NCBI RefSeq assembly: GCF_000143415.4
Contig: NW_003314312.1
Coordinates: forward strand, 735,510 to 799,509
Length of the DNA stretch: 64,000 nucleotides
Source of the DNA: Selaginella moellendorffii
Lineage: Eukaryota > Plantae > Lycopodiophyta
Direction: 5' to 3'
Under the pieces are notes generated by a model. The model saw only the letters and a program-made list of their open reading frames with translations, had not been told where the DNA came from and did not search any database. Below, piece after piece: positions 1-17,051 of this stretch (its first letter is position 1; the number at the start of each line of letters is the position of its first letter). The position numbers and the translations under genes are program-made.

Positions 1-477
1 ACTCCAAGTAGGATTGATCTTCAATCAGTCAATTTTAGTATAGAAGGAAGCATATCACCTAATTTCTGCAACCCTTTCTCAACAATACTTATTAGTGGTA
101 CAAGGAGCAACCCTTTTTCAAGGCTTGGGCCTGGGGATCAAATTCATTTAGGAAGGGATCCAGAAATTGGAGTAATTGTATTGTTCATGGATTACACTTG
201 CAATCTGATCATCTATATATATACTACTAGCAAATCACTTTGGAGCTCTAAAACTCATGGGCTTGGGTTTGATTGCTGGGCACTCATGCAAGAAGATGGA
301 AATCTGGTAGTTTATGGATCACTTGGATCATCATTTTGGTCAAGTTTTACTTTTTGCATACCTTCTTCTATATGCACTGCTTTATCATTTGTTGCTCTTG
401 GACCCAAATGCAAGGTTGGTGTGTATAGGTATGGTGCTCCAGCTGTTGAAGTCTGGTCAGCAGGCGAATTCTGCTAA
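1..477 (+). CDS. Bulb-type (GNA-like) mannose-binding lectin domain protein, 5' partial
   Basis: Frame is open from base 1 to TAA at 477. The segment LFMDYTCNLIIY...LWSSKTHG...C..LMQEDGNLVVY contains one canonical QxDxNxVxY motif. Confidence 0.7.
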   Translation, partial: TPSRIDLQSVNFSIEGSISPNFCNPFSTILISGTRSNPFSRLGPGDQIHLGRDPEIGVIVLFMDYTCNLIIYIYTTSKSLWSSKTHGLGFDCWALMQEDGNLVVYGSLGSSFWSSFTFCIPSSICTALSFVALGPKCKVGVYRYGAPAVEVWSAGEFC

Positions 478-571
478 ATCCACAAAAACAAATGCTTTGA
501 ATAAATTTAAAACCTAAAGCTAATCATTTGAAAGAGCTAGAAAAGCGGACATGTGGAACACTTTCTGATAT

Positions 572-644
572 GCGCCTGTAGCTCAGTGGATAGAGCGTCT
601 GTTTCCTAAGCAGAAAGTCACAGGTTCGACCCCTGTCTGGCGCG
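572..644 (+). tRNA. tRNA-Arg (CCT)
   Basis: GCGCCTGTAGCTCAGTGGATAGAGCG...GGTTCGACCCCTGTCTGGCGCG folds as a cloverleaf. Anticodon arm is TCTGT-TTCCTAA-GCAGA; A and B boxes are intact. Confidence 0.95.
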
Positions 645-693
645 AGATGTTCTATAATTTTTGCTCTCGTTTAGGGTATAATTTTCCTCTTCG

Positions 694-1929
694 ATGCGAG
701 CGTTGTGGCTCGCCATTCCCGCGAGCGTCGCCAATGCAGTTCCTCCTCAATCGACGCATTTCCAGCGCCGACGATTCGTGCCCGAGCTGACAAGCACTGT
801 GATTACTTCTTTCACAGGGAGCAAGACTCGGCTTCCAACATTGTGGGCAAGGAAAGAGGCGATTGGAGCCTTTTCGGTGCAGCAGTCTGTGGATTTCATC
901 TCTTTCGATGGTGCCGCCGGTGCTGTCAGCGAGATCGAGATGCAAAAGACGCTCAGGCTGGTCGAGTGCGCGATGCTTGCATCGACCGCGGGTTTGGCGT
1001 ATTTCCTAAGCAACTTATTTCGGTTCGAGGTAAGCTTCTCTCCTCGTTCTCTCTTCTCAATCCTTCGTCTCTTCCACTCCACAGTCTTACTTTGGATGCT
1101 TCTTTCCACTTCCTATTGTCATTTCCGCGATGAGATGGGGCGCTGCCGCTGGTCGCAAAACAATGGTACCAACGTTTTTCATCTTTGCTATATAGCTCGA
1201 AAGCCATTCTTTTTTCTTTGTTCCATAGGTGACCACAGCGTTGCTTCTTCTTGTCATTGCTGGACCTCTCAAGGCTCTTTCTTACGTCGTAAGTACTTCC
1301 TCACAGATTTGGATATCTCACAACTTCGTCTAGCTCATGCACGGATTTCTCGGCGTTGCGATGGGTGCGTTGTGGAGGTACTACAATCGCTCGCTCGCTA
1401 GATTTCCATTCTGATATGCTGCCGTTGCTCAGATGGAGAATCAACTGGGGCGTCTCCATCCTTGCTTGTACACTGGTATGCACGGAACTCTCTGCGTTTG
1501 GCTGGATGTTTTCATTGTTCTAGAGTTTCAGGTCCGTGCTCTTGGAGCGATTGGTTTTGTGTTTCTGTCTTCCTGGCTGATCAAGGAAAACATCCTCAAC
1601 CTGGTACAAAGAGATTCATTTCTCTGCCTTACCTTGACCAAATGTTCTTGCAGATCACCATAAACACCCATGCTTCCCTCTCGTACATGGTGGCGGCAAT
1701 GGGGATCAACATCTCGCTTACAATGCCGACCATCTATGCTGTGTTCACGTCCCTGGTAAAGTTTTCCCCAGTTTTAGATCGAACGCTGACCTTTCGTCGT
1801 ATTGTCCAGCTTATCGTGAACTGCGCATCGTTTGTGTTCCTCCTCCATGTTTTGTACGCGATTATTCTTCAGGGCCTGGGAATCAAGTCGTCACTGGCTG
1901 TTCCTGGCTGGATGTCGAGATCCATGTAA
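694..1929 (+). CDS. DUF2232-type membrane protein, probable plastid transit peptide, multi-exon
   Basis: Exons encode KTLRLVECAMLASTAGLAYFLSN..., FFPLPIVISAMRWG, VRALGAIGFVFLSSWLIKENIL, joined by GT-AG introns. Stop at 1929. Confidence 0.75.
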
Positions 1930-1942
1930 GATCAAAGGATGC

Positions 1943-3512
1943 TTACCCGGAGTTCATCCTTGTACAGTCACGATTTTTTGGCATTGATATAAAAATCTGG
2001 GATGGTGGAGAATCCAGCTTTAGAGTAAGTTCTCTGTTTATCAAGCAAGATGCCCAAGCCTCGCTTGAAGGAGCTACAGGCTGAACCCAGTGACCAGGAA
2101 TTCGACTGCAAGGAATGCCACCACACTTGCGTCAAAAACTCCAAAAAGACGATTGCAAAGTACCTCCCAACAGGTACAATATACGTGTCCCAGCCTCTTC
2201 GGACCTGCAAGCTTGCTATAAGTACGAGATAGCAAGCGTGCTCAAACCTCTATCAGCGTTCCCATGTCGATTCTGCTACCATAGTAGTAGCGGTAGAGGT
2301 CGGCCGGCAATCGTTGATCCGGTTCCTCACTTGTTTTCGTGTTACTGGGCTGCGGAGGTGCTTCCTTGATGGTATTTTCATCGTCCGTGGAAGGATTCCT
2401 TGCTTCGGCATTTGCAGGCAAGGCTTCATCAGCAGCTCCGGCAGCCTGTCGCTCTTCTGCTTCAACTGCGGCACGGACGCCCTCCATGAATGCATCATCA
2501 TCTTCTGGGAATAGATGGCCTGGGACACACAAAAGCGGCCATGTCAAACCAGAGATGAGTGAAAAGGAGCCAACCTTGCTTCTTAAGTTTCTGGACGCGA
2601 AGTGAACGCAACTCCTGGAGTTTTTCAACAAGTAGCACCATTTCCATCTGCAAACAAAAACGGGAAACAGTGTAAGGCTGTAACACAAAACAGACATACC
2701 TCTTTCTCCAATCGCAACCGCGCCTCCTTCGCTTTCTTTAGAGCAACATCGTTCATCTCTTCCATCTGAGCAAACCTGCTGTCAAACAAGAAACGAAGGA
2801 AGAAAGGACTAGAAACCACCACACCTTCTTCTTAGCAATGTCTCTCGCAAACTCACGAGTTCTCCATTCCTCCGCTTGACGATCGGCTTCCTCCAAAAGT
2901 TTGTCCGCCTACACAACGAAGAATTGTAAGCAACGAAGCATAAAACTACCTATAGAACAAAAGAGAAAAAAGGAAACCAGAAAGAAAGAATGAAATCTAA
3001 GAACTTACCATTCTCCTCTTCTCGGCCTCGTGCTGCCTCTTGATCTTGCGACGCTTCCTGTTACTCTTCAATTTCATCCTCCTTTCCCGAAATTTCGCCA
3101 CGGCAGTGAGTTGCTCCCACGCCGCAGTTCCATCCACCACGCCTTGCAGCGGAAGAAGAAGCCCCTCGATCTCCCGCCGCAAATGCCGAGCTGCGTTCGC
3201 CGCCAAATTCTCGGCCTCATCGATCTCATTGCTGTTCTTCCGAACCGCGTTACAAAGAATCCCATCGATGCACTGCTTCCTCGGATCGTCACTAAAGAGG
3301 AGGGCACGAGCCTCTCCCTGCCCAGGAACGCGCTCATCCTCGGCTCGCCTTGCAGCGATTACTTCCAGCTCCAGAGACCTGTGATCGATCGGCGCCGGGC
3401 TCTCAAGGAAAGAAAATAGGATCACTTACACGGCTTTGAGAAGCTCCAGGCTGTGCTCCAGGCGCTCCAGATGGAGGCGCAGCTGTGGCGCTTGCCATAG
3501 CCGAGAATCCAT
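1943..3512 (-). CDS. U11/U12 snRNP 59 kDa protein (PDCD7 homolog), multi-exon
   Basis: Exons encode LVEKLQELRSLRVQKLKKQGH.FPEDDD, YYYGSRIDMGTLIEVRRGWD and SRIPGHWVQP...WASCL, matching plant U11-59K. ATG at 3512, TAA at 1943. Confidence 0.85.
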
Positions 3513-3629
3513 AAGCCCTAAAATACTCATTCACGTGAAGAGATCTCAGCCATTTGCTCTCAACGGTCGCGATCTCTCTCGTCTTGGATTATAATTCGAT
3601 AGAATAGATGCTATGATAGAAGATGCGCG

Positions 3630-6138
3630 ATGGACCCTAGTAATAGCAGCGGATATGGAAGGGGATTGTCGATCGCGAGGAGCGTCTACCTTGGCATCGA
3701 TGTCGGCACAGGCAGCGCCCGCGCCGGTGAGTCTTTCGATCGAATCGCGATCCTCCATCCTTTGAAACATACTGATCGATCGAATCGATCAATCCTTCCA
3801 GGTGTTTTCAATCACTCCGGCCGGCTCTTGGCGACCGCGAGCAGTCCATTGCAAATGTGGAAGGATGGAGATTTCGTGGAGGTATTTCCTTGGATTCCTC
3901 GGGATTTTCTCTCAACCGGATCGTTTTCCTTTGTTCCTTTTCCTTTCTGTGTGGGAAAAAAATTTGAGTATAGCAATCGTCCACAGATATCTGGCATGCT
4001 GTTTGTGCCGCCGTCAAGGCGGCTTGCGAGAACGCTGCTGTCTCGAGCTCGGAAGTTTGCGGCATTGGATTTGCTGCAACGTGTTCTCTTGGTAAGTAGC
4101 TTACTACGAATGAAGAACTTTAGTTGTTTTTACTTTGCTTGTTTCGTAGTTGCTATAGGGGCGGACGACAATCCAGTGTCCGTTTCGATATCGGGTGATG
4201 CGAGACGCAATGTCATTGTCTGGATGGATCACCGAGCAGTGGATCAAGCCAAGCGGATCAATGCAACCGGGTCACCCGTTCTACAATTTGCTGGTGGTGG
4301 TCTCTCGCCGGAAATGGAACCTCCTAAAGTAAAACGATTTTGCTGTCTAGAACTTGATCGATATGTGTTTTGCAGCTTCTATGGGTCAAGGAAAATCTTC
4401 CGGAGTCGTGGGCGGTTGCTTTCAGGTGGATGGACCTCAGTGACTGGCTTACATACAGGTACTTTTTCTCGATTTTCCTTCCTTTTTACGAACTTTGGCC
4501 GTCCACTTCGGCTTCCTTCAGGGCTACTGGTGATGATACTCGAAGCTTGTGCACTACAGTCTGCAAATGGGGATACCTCGGGCATGCTCATCTTCAACAT
4601 CAATCGAATAGTGACACTGTTGCAATGGAAGCTTGTGGATGGGACGACGTTTTCTGGCAAGAAATTGGTCTTTCCGACCTGGTGGAAGGACAATATACAA
4701 AAATCGGTAAGCAAGTAATTCAATGCACTTCAGTTTTCCTCATGGTTTTTTTTTTTTTTTTTTTTTGCCAGGGAGATATGTTGCATTCCCAGGCCATCCG
4801 CTTGGGAACGGTCTTAGTGCTTTAGCGGCCAAGGCAAGAAACTCTTCAGCAAGACTGCCTTTGGCTTAGCTATTATTTTTCTTGTAGGAACTTGGACTCC
4901 TGGAAGGCACTCCGGTGGGGACTGCTCTAATCGACGCTCATGCTGGCGGCGTTGGTGTTATGGAGGGTGTTCCTTCCAAAGATGAAAGCATTACAGAAAG
5001 GATGGTCCTAGTGTGTGGAACGTCAACATGTCATATGGCTGTGTCCCCCGAGAAGGTTTTTATTCCTGGTGTCTGGGGTCCGTATTGGTCAGGTATGGCT
5101 CTTGTTTTTACGTGATGTTCTACTACTTTAAAGGACGCACTGCAGCTATGGTTCCTGGATTCTGGTTAACCGAAGGTGGCCAGAGCGCAACTGGTGCTCT
5201 CATCGACCATCTTATATCCAGTCATCCTGCATCTTCCGTGCTCCTTGAACGTGCAAAACTGCAAAGTAAGTGTAATTTGATTTTCGTTCTTCATTTTCAT
5301 CATGTTTATAAGCTATACGTTTTATCAGAGACTTCTATCTACGAGTTATTGAATGAGATTCTTGATACATTGGCCTCCCATCCTGACGTTCTTTTTCAAG
5401 GTGCTTTGACGAGAAATCTACACTTGCTTGCAGATTTTCACGGGAACAGGTTTGGGCGGCATTTACTTTTGGTGGTCTCATGAACGACTATTACAGGTCA
5501 CCGTTGGCAAATCCTGACGCAAGAGGTGTCATCAGTGGCTTGAGCCTAGATGATGATCCACGAAGTCTGGCTCTGCTTTATCTTGCAGCTATACAGGGCA
5601 TAGCATATGGAACGCGCCATATCGTGGAGCACTGTAATTCTCACGGCCTTCAGGTTGAATTTTGCGTATTCCTGTGGATTCCTACTTATCATTCTATATT
5701 GCGACAGATCAAGACACTATTAGCATGTGGAGGTCTTTCTAAGAACAAGGTCTACTTGCAACAACATGCAGACATCACAGGCTAGTTTTCTTTACATCAC
5801 TTTAGCATGGTTGTAACGAGTTTCGGTGTGCAGGATGTTCGGTGATTTTGCCAAGGGAAAAGGAATCTGTTCTTCTGGGGGCAGCTATCCTTGGAGCTGT
5901 TGCTGCGAAGAAATTTCACAATGTCAAGGAGGCAATGGAAGCCTTGAACGCACCTGGATTGGTAATATGGAATTCGTTTTGCGGATATTGGATCTAAAAT
6001 GTTTTATAACAGGTAGTCGAGCCATCTCGACATGATACAGTCCAGAAATACCACGATGCAAAATACAAAATCTTTAGATCATTATACGACCAGCAAGTTG
6101 TATATCGACAACAACTGGATGCCGTCTTAGGCTGCTAA
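3630..6138 (+). CDS. FGGY-family carbohydrate kinase (D-ribulokinase-like), multi-exon
   Basis: [61 protein letters not shown] and ACGGLSKN motifs across short introns. Confidence 0.9.
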
Positions 6139-6320
6139 AATTCTTTCTGTAAGTTATATGAGTTTTTTCTGTTTTTACCATGGAAAGCATAACCATTGCC
6201 TGCTGAGCTCTCGGCATATCCCAGAATTATCGAATTCCACGATGCAGCGTCGCGATGTTTCATATTATTGAAAACACCGCGCGCATCTTCCATGCTTCCA
6301 CATTTCCCAGAGCTGATCAT
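6135..6320 (-). pseudogene. PPR (PLS-class) gene fragment
   Basis: GKCGSMEDARGVFNNMKHRDAASWNSIILGYA is an isolated PPR motif junction with no continuing ORF. Confidence 0.6.
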
Positions 6321-6681
6321 GGCATTACCTGGTTACTGCTCTTGGCGAAGTAGGTACTGGCAAGCAGGGATAGTGGAAAAGGTAACAAGGTGATGCTTAC
6401 GGCCAGGCAAACACTCGACGATGCGCAGACAAAAAGTGGGATCTATGAAACCGTGGCCAAGAAAATGGACAAGGATGACAGGAACGTAGAAACAGAAGAT
6501 GGTTTCAGGTCGACGAGTCCGCTGCCGCCCCGCACAGTGGCACTGTTGCTCGGTTTTGTGAGTAGAGGCCAGCGAGTAGGCTCAAAGTTCTGCATGGCTC
6601 GTCTACCTTGTAAGCAAACCGCCAAGCTCGCTCGGTTTAAAACCTCCGATCGCCTCTTGCGAGGGATTCCAGTTCCGGATC

Positions 6682-9606
<2,925 letters not shown>

Positions 9607-9665
9607 CTTTGTTTGAAGTTTATTGTGGCGCCAACTTCGTAGATCACTTGCCATCAACGAATGTT

Positions 9666-12600
9666 TTAGACTTTTACGATCTCCCATGACGCGGCATATT
9701 CGGCTTCACGAGGGGGCACGAAAGGCTTCCACAAATCACGAACACTTCTCTCGCCACAGTGGGGGCATTCGTTAGCCACGATCTCGGCAATCTCTGCATT
9801 AGCCTTTCACGAAAACAACGCATTTCTTAGAAGAACTTAAGGAGAAGTGTCTCGACTCTCACCTGGTCCAAGGGATGGATTCCCGACTCCTCCTCCTCCG
9901 CAAGATAGTCTTTTTTCGAGTGTGGAGGCTTTTCCACTGCAAGCACTGACATTCGTTTCTTCAGCTCCAGTATCCGATCTCTCTGCCATTCCAAAGTTGA
10001 AGCATTTTCAACAACGAAAAAAACAGGAGCATACCTCAGCCTTCTCGCCAGTTTTCAACATGTAGTTGATCAAGCATTCCGTGTGGAAACAATGCTCGCA
10101 AGGGAACACGTAGAAGAGACTTGCCGGACCATGGAGGGGGTCATAAGCGAGTATCTTTCTCCGGCAATCCTGGTCAGGCCATCACAGCTCGACTAACAGA
10201 GTTTATCAACAAGGAAGACAAACTTACAGCGCATTCTTCGTCTGGCGTTGTAACTGCGGATCGTTGGGAAAGATCATTGATGTCTTTTCTCAGTTTCTCG
10301 GCATTGAGAGTGTCGTCGTTCATTTCTAGTTTCAGTTCTTCAATGCGAGCGTTGTACTCTTGCAGAGACGCGTATATTGCTTCCTGAAGTGATGCAAAAG
10401 GTCATTAAGTCGTTACTGAGAAACAAAAAGAGATTGCCAGACCTGAAAATCGTTGATGAGGGTGAATTCTGGAAAGAATGGAAGGATGTCTTCGATTTTG
10501 AGCAGGCCTTGCGTTTCATTCACGAATGCCACGGCCTTCTTGATGTTTTCTCTCTTGGTTCCTTTCTCCTCCTTTATCACGTGCTTTGCAATGCAGAGCC
10601 ATAGTTTCTTTCGAAGCTCTTCGTCCCCTTCAACTTTATCGGCCTCCATCTTTGCCAGGTCCACATCAACCTATAATCAAAAGGATGGCATCAAGTAAAA
10701 CAACAACGTAAACGAACCTTCAAAGAAAGAGAAACTGCCTCTTCGTGCAATCCCATCATACTGTAAAGAAAGACACAGGCCTCCGTTTGCTTTTCGTCCA
10801 GACACACTCGCAACGCGTAGTTCGGGTCGTAAAAAACATCTGGTTTCCCAGGCTGTTCTCTACCATATTTCACTTGCAAGAATTTGAGAAGCTCTTTTTC
10901 GTCTCCCTAAAGTGATGATAAAAAAGAAAATTGAGGAAAAGGCAGAGAAACTAGGTACCTGTTTCACAAGAAGTGATACTAGAAGATTGTGTATGGTTGT
11001 GTCTTCGTTTTTCAGTCGCTGCACACAAAACTCCAAGTACTTGATTGCCTGGTGAGCCTCTTCCCTGCACGAGTAAGAGAATCAGAAAAGGCATACAAGG
11101 ATAGCACATACCTTGGCCGGGAAATACTAGAATATCGCATCAAAGCAGGAATCAAGTTTTGAGGATTGAGCCCTTCGCACGACATCCAAAACTCAACGGT
11201 CTCATTAGCGTCGAGCATTATCAACGCTGGTGCAAATTTATACTGCCGGGAACAGACACAGATTTAGCACAAGGAAAAACTAAAAAGAAAGCATAGTACC
11301 TGAAGTTCAAGAGGTACGTTCTCTCTTCTCAGCACGGCCAGTGCCTTCTTGGCGTTTCGTTGCTGGTAAACAGTACGAGAATTCAGTTAATAACACTTAA
11401 TGAACAAATTAACCTGAATGTGATGGTTCACAACAGTCTCGTAACGATTTTTGAGACTTGCGAAGAATACAAGTTCTTCATTTCTTCCATAGCTGAAACA
11501 GGGACCACAAGTTAAGAGCTTTAAAGTTACAACCTACACAAGCCTTGTAAGAAGCTTCAATGTGGTAGCCTCGTCCAGGGTATCCTTAGAATCACTCAAA
11601 AAAGCCTTGAACTCCTCTACAACTCCAGCATACTGCGACTGCGTTTCGTCGTTGTGTAGCAATAGCTGATTCATCTGTTATCCGGAAAACAAAAAAATTA
11701 CAGACTCTATATCTGCATGCATGCTTGAATTACCTTATCCAGATACAATTCCACAACCCATGTCGCCACCATTGTAATTTGTGATCGTTCATCTCTTCCG
11801 AGGCTGTCTAATTTCCGGAGGAGATAAGTGCGCAAAGCATCCTATAGTAACATACACGTCAGAGCTCAAATAAATGTTTTGCGAGTTCTTTACCTGTTCG
11901 TTTATTTTCAAAAACTTCAACGCAATTTCTTCGAACGTTATGACACCAGTAATCTGAAAGTTCTCTATTAGATAGGAAGAGCTCATGAAGAAAGGTCACC
12001 TTTGCGTAGAAGGAAGCTGCAATCATGTACTTCTTCGCCTCAAAAGCACCATCTGCCTACACATTGAGCTGTGAATTTATTTACAAAGGAGAAAAACGCA
12101 GATAATACCTGTGCCCTGTAAACTTCATCTTTCTGAAAGATGTTCCGGCAATGCTCAAGTGCGGCAGCATACTCCTTCATACCAAGGTAGACTCGCCACA
12201 TATCACGGTCCTCATCGTGTACAGTTATCTAGAACCAAAGAGAACTAAGAAACAAAACCTCAAACTTTCTTACCTCGAAAATAGATGTGTTACTGTAAGC
12301 GTAATACGCCCCAGCAGCATAGTCTGCACAGAGTCCGAGCATGTTTGGCGCGGTCATATCGAACACAGAATCCTCTTCTACAAGCTTCTGACTGGTCCGA
12401 TTCACTACCTGGGACCGTCAAAACATCTCAAGATCTCCATATGATACGATTCAATAGCAAGTTACCTTCAGTTTCCCTCCATAAAGAAGGAGAAAATGGT
12501 GCTGTGTCAATGAAAGCGCCTCAGGTCGTGTGCTACTGCCATCCTCATTGATCTTGGAGTACTCCAGAAGCCATTTGCTTCCCACGATACTGTCCTCGCT

Positions 12601-13855
12601 GCTCGAGATGGTCAGAGATCAGTCTCTTATGAACAGTCAGAGCATAAAAATTTAGCACCTTACTTGGGTGGTGATATGAAGCTCACCGTGATATATACCT
12701 GGTCCAGCCAGCCATGCGAACGACTCCGCGTAGCGTTTTCCATAAAAGTGTATCTCACTGTGCATGAAAGTTAGGAACAGATACAGGAGTATATAAAACC
12801 CACCTCTTTTGAAACTCGCCGGGAAGTTCTGTGAACTTGACAACACGGCCTGCATACGAAGAAAACAGGCTCTGCAAGCACAGCATGAAAATGTTATAAA
12901 GTTCTCACAAACAACACAAAATGAACATACCTCTAGCGAGCCCGTACCAACGAAGACGTAAAGCTTTGTCGGAGTCACAGCCATGATGAAGTACCGCGTA
13001 GTAGTGCTGCTGCTTATATTCTCGATCTAGAGTCAAGTTTCGTCAGCCAAAGAAGAAACAATGCCGCAAAACATACCTGCAAGCCCGTAAACGCCTCCTT
13101 GAGCTCCGTAAGTTCAAACAAAACTTTCACGTATTTCTCCTTCTTGTCCTTCTCCTCTACGAGCATTTCATAGATCTGTCCACTTGCGGTTGCAAGCACA
13201 ATCTCTCCCGATGAATCTGCATTGTCATGAAATTGACTTCCTTAGCAGCACAAGCAGGCAGCGGAAAATCTTCACTACTTACAGTCGCTTAGCTGGGACT
13301 TGTTCCAGCAAACAGCATTGACGAGCACGCCTTTGAGCCGAGAAACAGCGCGAACTTTCTTCCATTTCGCGTGGATGTAAAAGGTCTCGGCAACACTGCT
13401 GCTCCGGAGATTTGCTAGACAGTGCCTTCCACTGGGATCCAGGAAAACCTTACAAACGTATTGATCGGCTCCGCGGCTCAACTCCAACTCTATCGGATCA
13501 CGGGAAAAAAGCTCACAGTTTTCAGAAGAAACAAAGAAAGCGAGCGTGAATTTTTCTTGATTTTTTTGGAGACTCACCTAAGTTATCCCCGCCTCCAAAA
13601 TCGTGACGAACAATCCAGCCGCTGCTAGTACCGACGAGCAGGACATTGTTTCCAGCGGCTACTGAGGTGACAAGCCCGTGACCTTTGGCGGCGTTTTGCT
13701 CCAGCACATCCAAGCTGAAGATCTTGCTCTCTGGCCTCGACAGTGAAATCGCCTGGAAATCCTGAGGAATTGGATCAGCGATCGACGATTCAGCTCAATC
13801 TCACCTCGTTGAGCCCCGATTGAGCGGGCGAAGACGACGTCCATTCATCCAGCAT
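9666..13855 (-). CDS. VPS18: Vacuolar protein sorting 18 (Pep3; HOPS/CORVET subunit), many exons
   Basis: KVFLDPSGRHC, FAWLAGPGIYHG, LRKKLWLCIAKHVI, LLKIEDILPFFPEF, FYVFPCEHCFH and ECPHCG. The start at 13855 is inferred from a short first exon. Confidence 0.9.
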
Positions 13856-13881
13856 TGCTGCCTAAACCCTAAACTCGCCCA

Positions 13882-15770
13882 GGTGTAAGAATTATGAACC
13901 TAATGTAAAAAGGTAAAATAGATTCATATATATGGTAGTACTAAATTTGCTGTCACTTATTTTCTAGGATAAGTTTGAAAATTGATTAACTATAAAATAG
14001 TGCTAGATTAGTGCTAGAATAGTGCTAGACCAAGCTTGACATTATAAAGGTTCCCAATATTAGCAAGTGTAAACCATCACACTCTAGGAGGCAACAAAAG
14101 CTCACTAACAAGACTTAAGATTGCCTTAAGAATTTTTTATGCAAAGCCAATAGCAGTTTAGCCAACTTACCTCATTAATGTCAAGGAGAACACCATATAA
14201 AGTTTGGTATAGCATTAAACTGGATGTGAGTCTTTGCAAGTGGTGTTCAGGAACCACAAGGTTCAAAGATGATCATTAGTTGTCATTTTTAATGAGTCTA
14301 GGACATATACAACACAAGATCTTTAACCATTGAAACAGTTTTCCTTGACTGAAGTCACAAGGGACAATTAGGGCACATATAATAGTGCAGTTGGAGGTGA
14401 GGATGGTGACAATGAAGGGAATTTAGTAGGATAACAAAGATGATGCATCAAGTGGGGATGGTGTCGGAGACAGCAGCAATAGTGGATCCAGTTGGAGTGC
14501 CAATATGGCAAATCACCTTGAGCTACTAACAAGGAGGAAAGTCATAAGAATGACGTTCCCCTTGGAAAGCATCAAGGATATGATCTAGAGGCAGAAAAAT
14601 TAGTGCTAGATAGGATTCCATACAAATCACCTTGAGCTACTAACAAGGAGGAAAGTCATAAGAATGACGTTCCCCTTGGAAAGCATCAAGGATATGATCT
14701 AGAGGCAGAAAAATTAGTGCTAGATAGGATTCCATACAAGTAGATGGTGGGTGGCCTATTCTATTTCATAGGGAGTATTCTTGGCAAATCTTGACTTTCC
14801 ATATCAAGGTGCTTGAAGGAAATTATGTTTTGTGTTACACAAGATTCATAAAGCAATGTTTGCACAACACACACAAGCTCTTGGGGTGCAGACAGCTTAG
14901 CTTAAGTGGGAATATTAAGGGAATGTTCCAACTTCCCTCAAGACAAGTTGACTCTAGCACTGTCTCAAAAGCTCTGTGTGGAAGGGATCTTGGAGATAAG
15001 CTGCTTGTCCATGGCTTTGAAAGATGCCCTATTATGCTTGGGGAAAGTCTAACAGTGAGATAATTGCTGCAGTCCTTGTGATGGCTTGTGAATCAAAAGA
15101 TGCTAGACTTTTGATGATCTTGCATGACAGATTAGTGTCCGAGACCTTAGAGAAGTTGAAACCTCTTACAATTTGGGCAAACACTCCAAACTTCCTAAGA
15201 CCCATTTTGTATATCCAAGGTGAGCACTATGTAGACCAGCAACAGAAGAAGCAGTGAACATCTTCTTGAGATATTTTACTTGCTAGATTTAAGCATTATT
15301 AATTGAGAATAAATAAAGAATCTACTTTTCTTTTGCTAATCAAGAGCAAAACACTACGCTCACACAGTCCACATATGTATAAAGTTTGGCAACATGAGAG
15401 AGTGGAGAATGAATCAGCACTCACCTCCCTTGATGCCATTCTTATTGTGTTAGATAGCCAAGGAAAAAGCTTAATGTGATCTATCTTTGGAAAGGATAAA
15501 AATTAAATGTTTCAATTTTGAAACCAATGCCAAGATTCTGGAATGCCTTGAGCACTACTAGGTTTTTATTGACAAAATAAGAAAAGGAAGAGACATAACT
15601 AACAGCTATGGTGATAGAGCCTGTTGGAGAAGCAATCTATAAATCCAATAATCTGATTGCTGAACTAATCAAACCTTTACTAACATCAATAGTAGGGTTA
15701 ACTAACAACCTCTACTGAGCTAGAATTTATCAATCTTTCTATTGTGTAAACTAGTTATTCTATATGAAAT
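13882..15770. repeat. Intergenic block duplicated at ~25650-25775 and ~28874-30090
   Basis: Long near-identical stretches such as GACCAAGCTT.ACATTATAA...CAAGAGCAAAACACTAC occur in both places. Confidence 0.8.
14509..14739. repeat. Tandem direct duplication, ~114-bp period, 2 copies
   Basis: CAAATCACCTTGAGCTACTAAC...GGATTCCATA repeats head to tail. Confidence 0.85.
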
Positions 15771-16168
15771 AACTAATTATCCACCTGTGTTGCCTGTGGA
15801 TTGATCCTCATCCATAAATGCCTTATCAAACGAAGAATATCCTTTTGGATGTCCCATACTTACAATTTCCAATCTAGAAGTAGGAATATATATGCTCCAA
15901 GGGTATGTTAAATTTTAAGTAGCAACTAATGAATGGGGAATCAAATTTATGTCATTTGCTTCAATACAACAATCTCTCTCCCCTTAAACTAACTGAAAAA
16001 GAAACAATTATTTAATGAGAGAGCCTTTAGTGGTTATTTTGTCCCAATTTATCCCCTAAAGTTCCAAGAATTTATAATGACCATATATTCAAATCTCATC
16101 CCATGATCACAGTACAATATATATCTACTATTTTAAATCTTTGTGACACTCAATTAAATCTAGACACA

Positions 16169-16171
<3 letters not shown>

Positions 16172-16210
<39 letters not shown>
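16172..16210. repeat. (AT)n microsatellite
   Basis: Uninterrupted AT dinucleotide run. Confidence 0.95.
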
Positions 16211-16211
<1 letters not shown>

Positions 16212-17051
16212 GAGTTATTACCCAACACTATCACAAGCCATCTCCACTCTTGATGCAATCTTATTTTTATTGTTAATTTTGTTAAATTGAAAAAAAAATG
16301 GAATAATATCAAAACAAAAAAAAAATGAATTCCACTTTGAAAGAAGAATTGAGGAAATAATTATAAAGATGTGCTTCCTCAAAAGAAATTATCAAATTCG
16401 TTAAGGGAATTATTAGATCCAAGTAGTGAGTATCCACAGCAAAAAGTTCAATATCAATACCAGTCAACACTTTGCATGTGATATGTGTTATAACACCTTT
16501 TCTCACCCTAACTGAGAATAAACATTAACAAGACATGGTTAACAAAATAACCTTTTGACAATTACCCCCCATTGGATGGCAAGATGGCTGCCATAGGCTG
16601 GATCCGGTGGCCCAGAAAATTTGGCAACTCCTCATTTTTATAAATTTCCTGTAGATTTGGCATCAACTCATATAACATTGACAGATTGTTGCTTGGACGA
16701 CAATTATTAGCAATTATTAGTTGGGAAACATTACAATCCTCAAGGTGTCTTCAGATACAAAAACGAAGAGCCTTTATATTTCCAAAGGTTTACCAGATTC
16801 AGTCCGACTGCACTTGCGTCCTGTTTCTCCAGGATGACAAGAACGGGATAACTGGAGATGAGTGCTGATCCATTTCCAGTCTCTCATGTGAGCCTCCCGC
16901 TACTGTCATCAAGGGCCTGAAACATACACCAATTTTCTTGTCTGATTAAAGTATGATTCCCATGCCTTAGGACTTAGAATTATTCAAAAAGAAAAGTCCA
17001 CGGTAGACTTTTCCCACGCTATACCTTTACAAGAATGGTGCGGCGCTGGTA

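Noticed and set aside
14791-15257. Short ORFs in the duplicated intergenic block
   Set aside because: No recognisable motifs, and the paralogous copy is disrupted. Possibly old TE debris, but I cannot support a family call.
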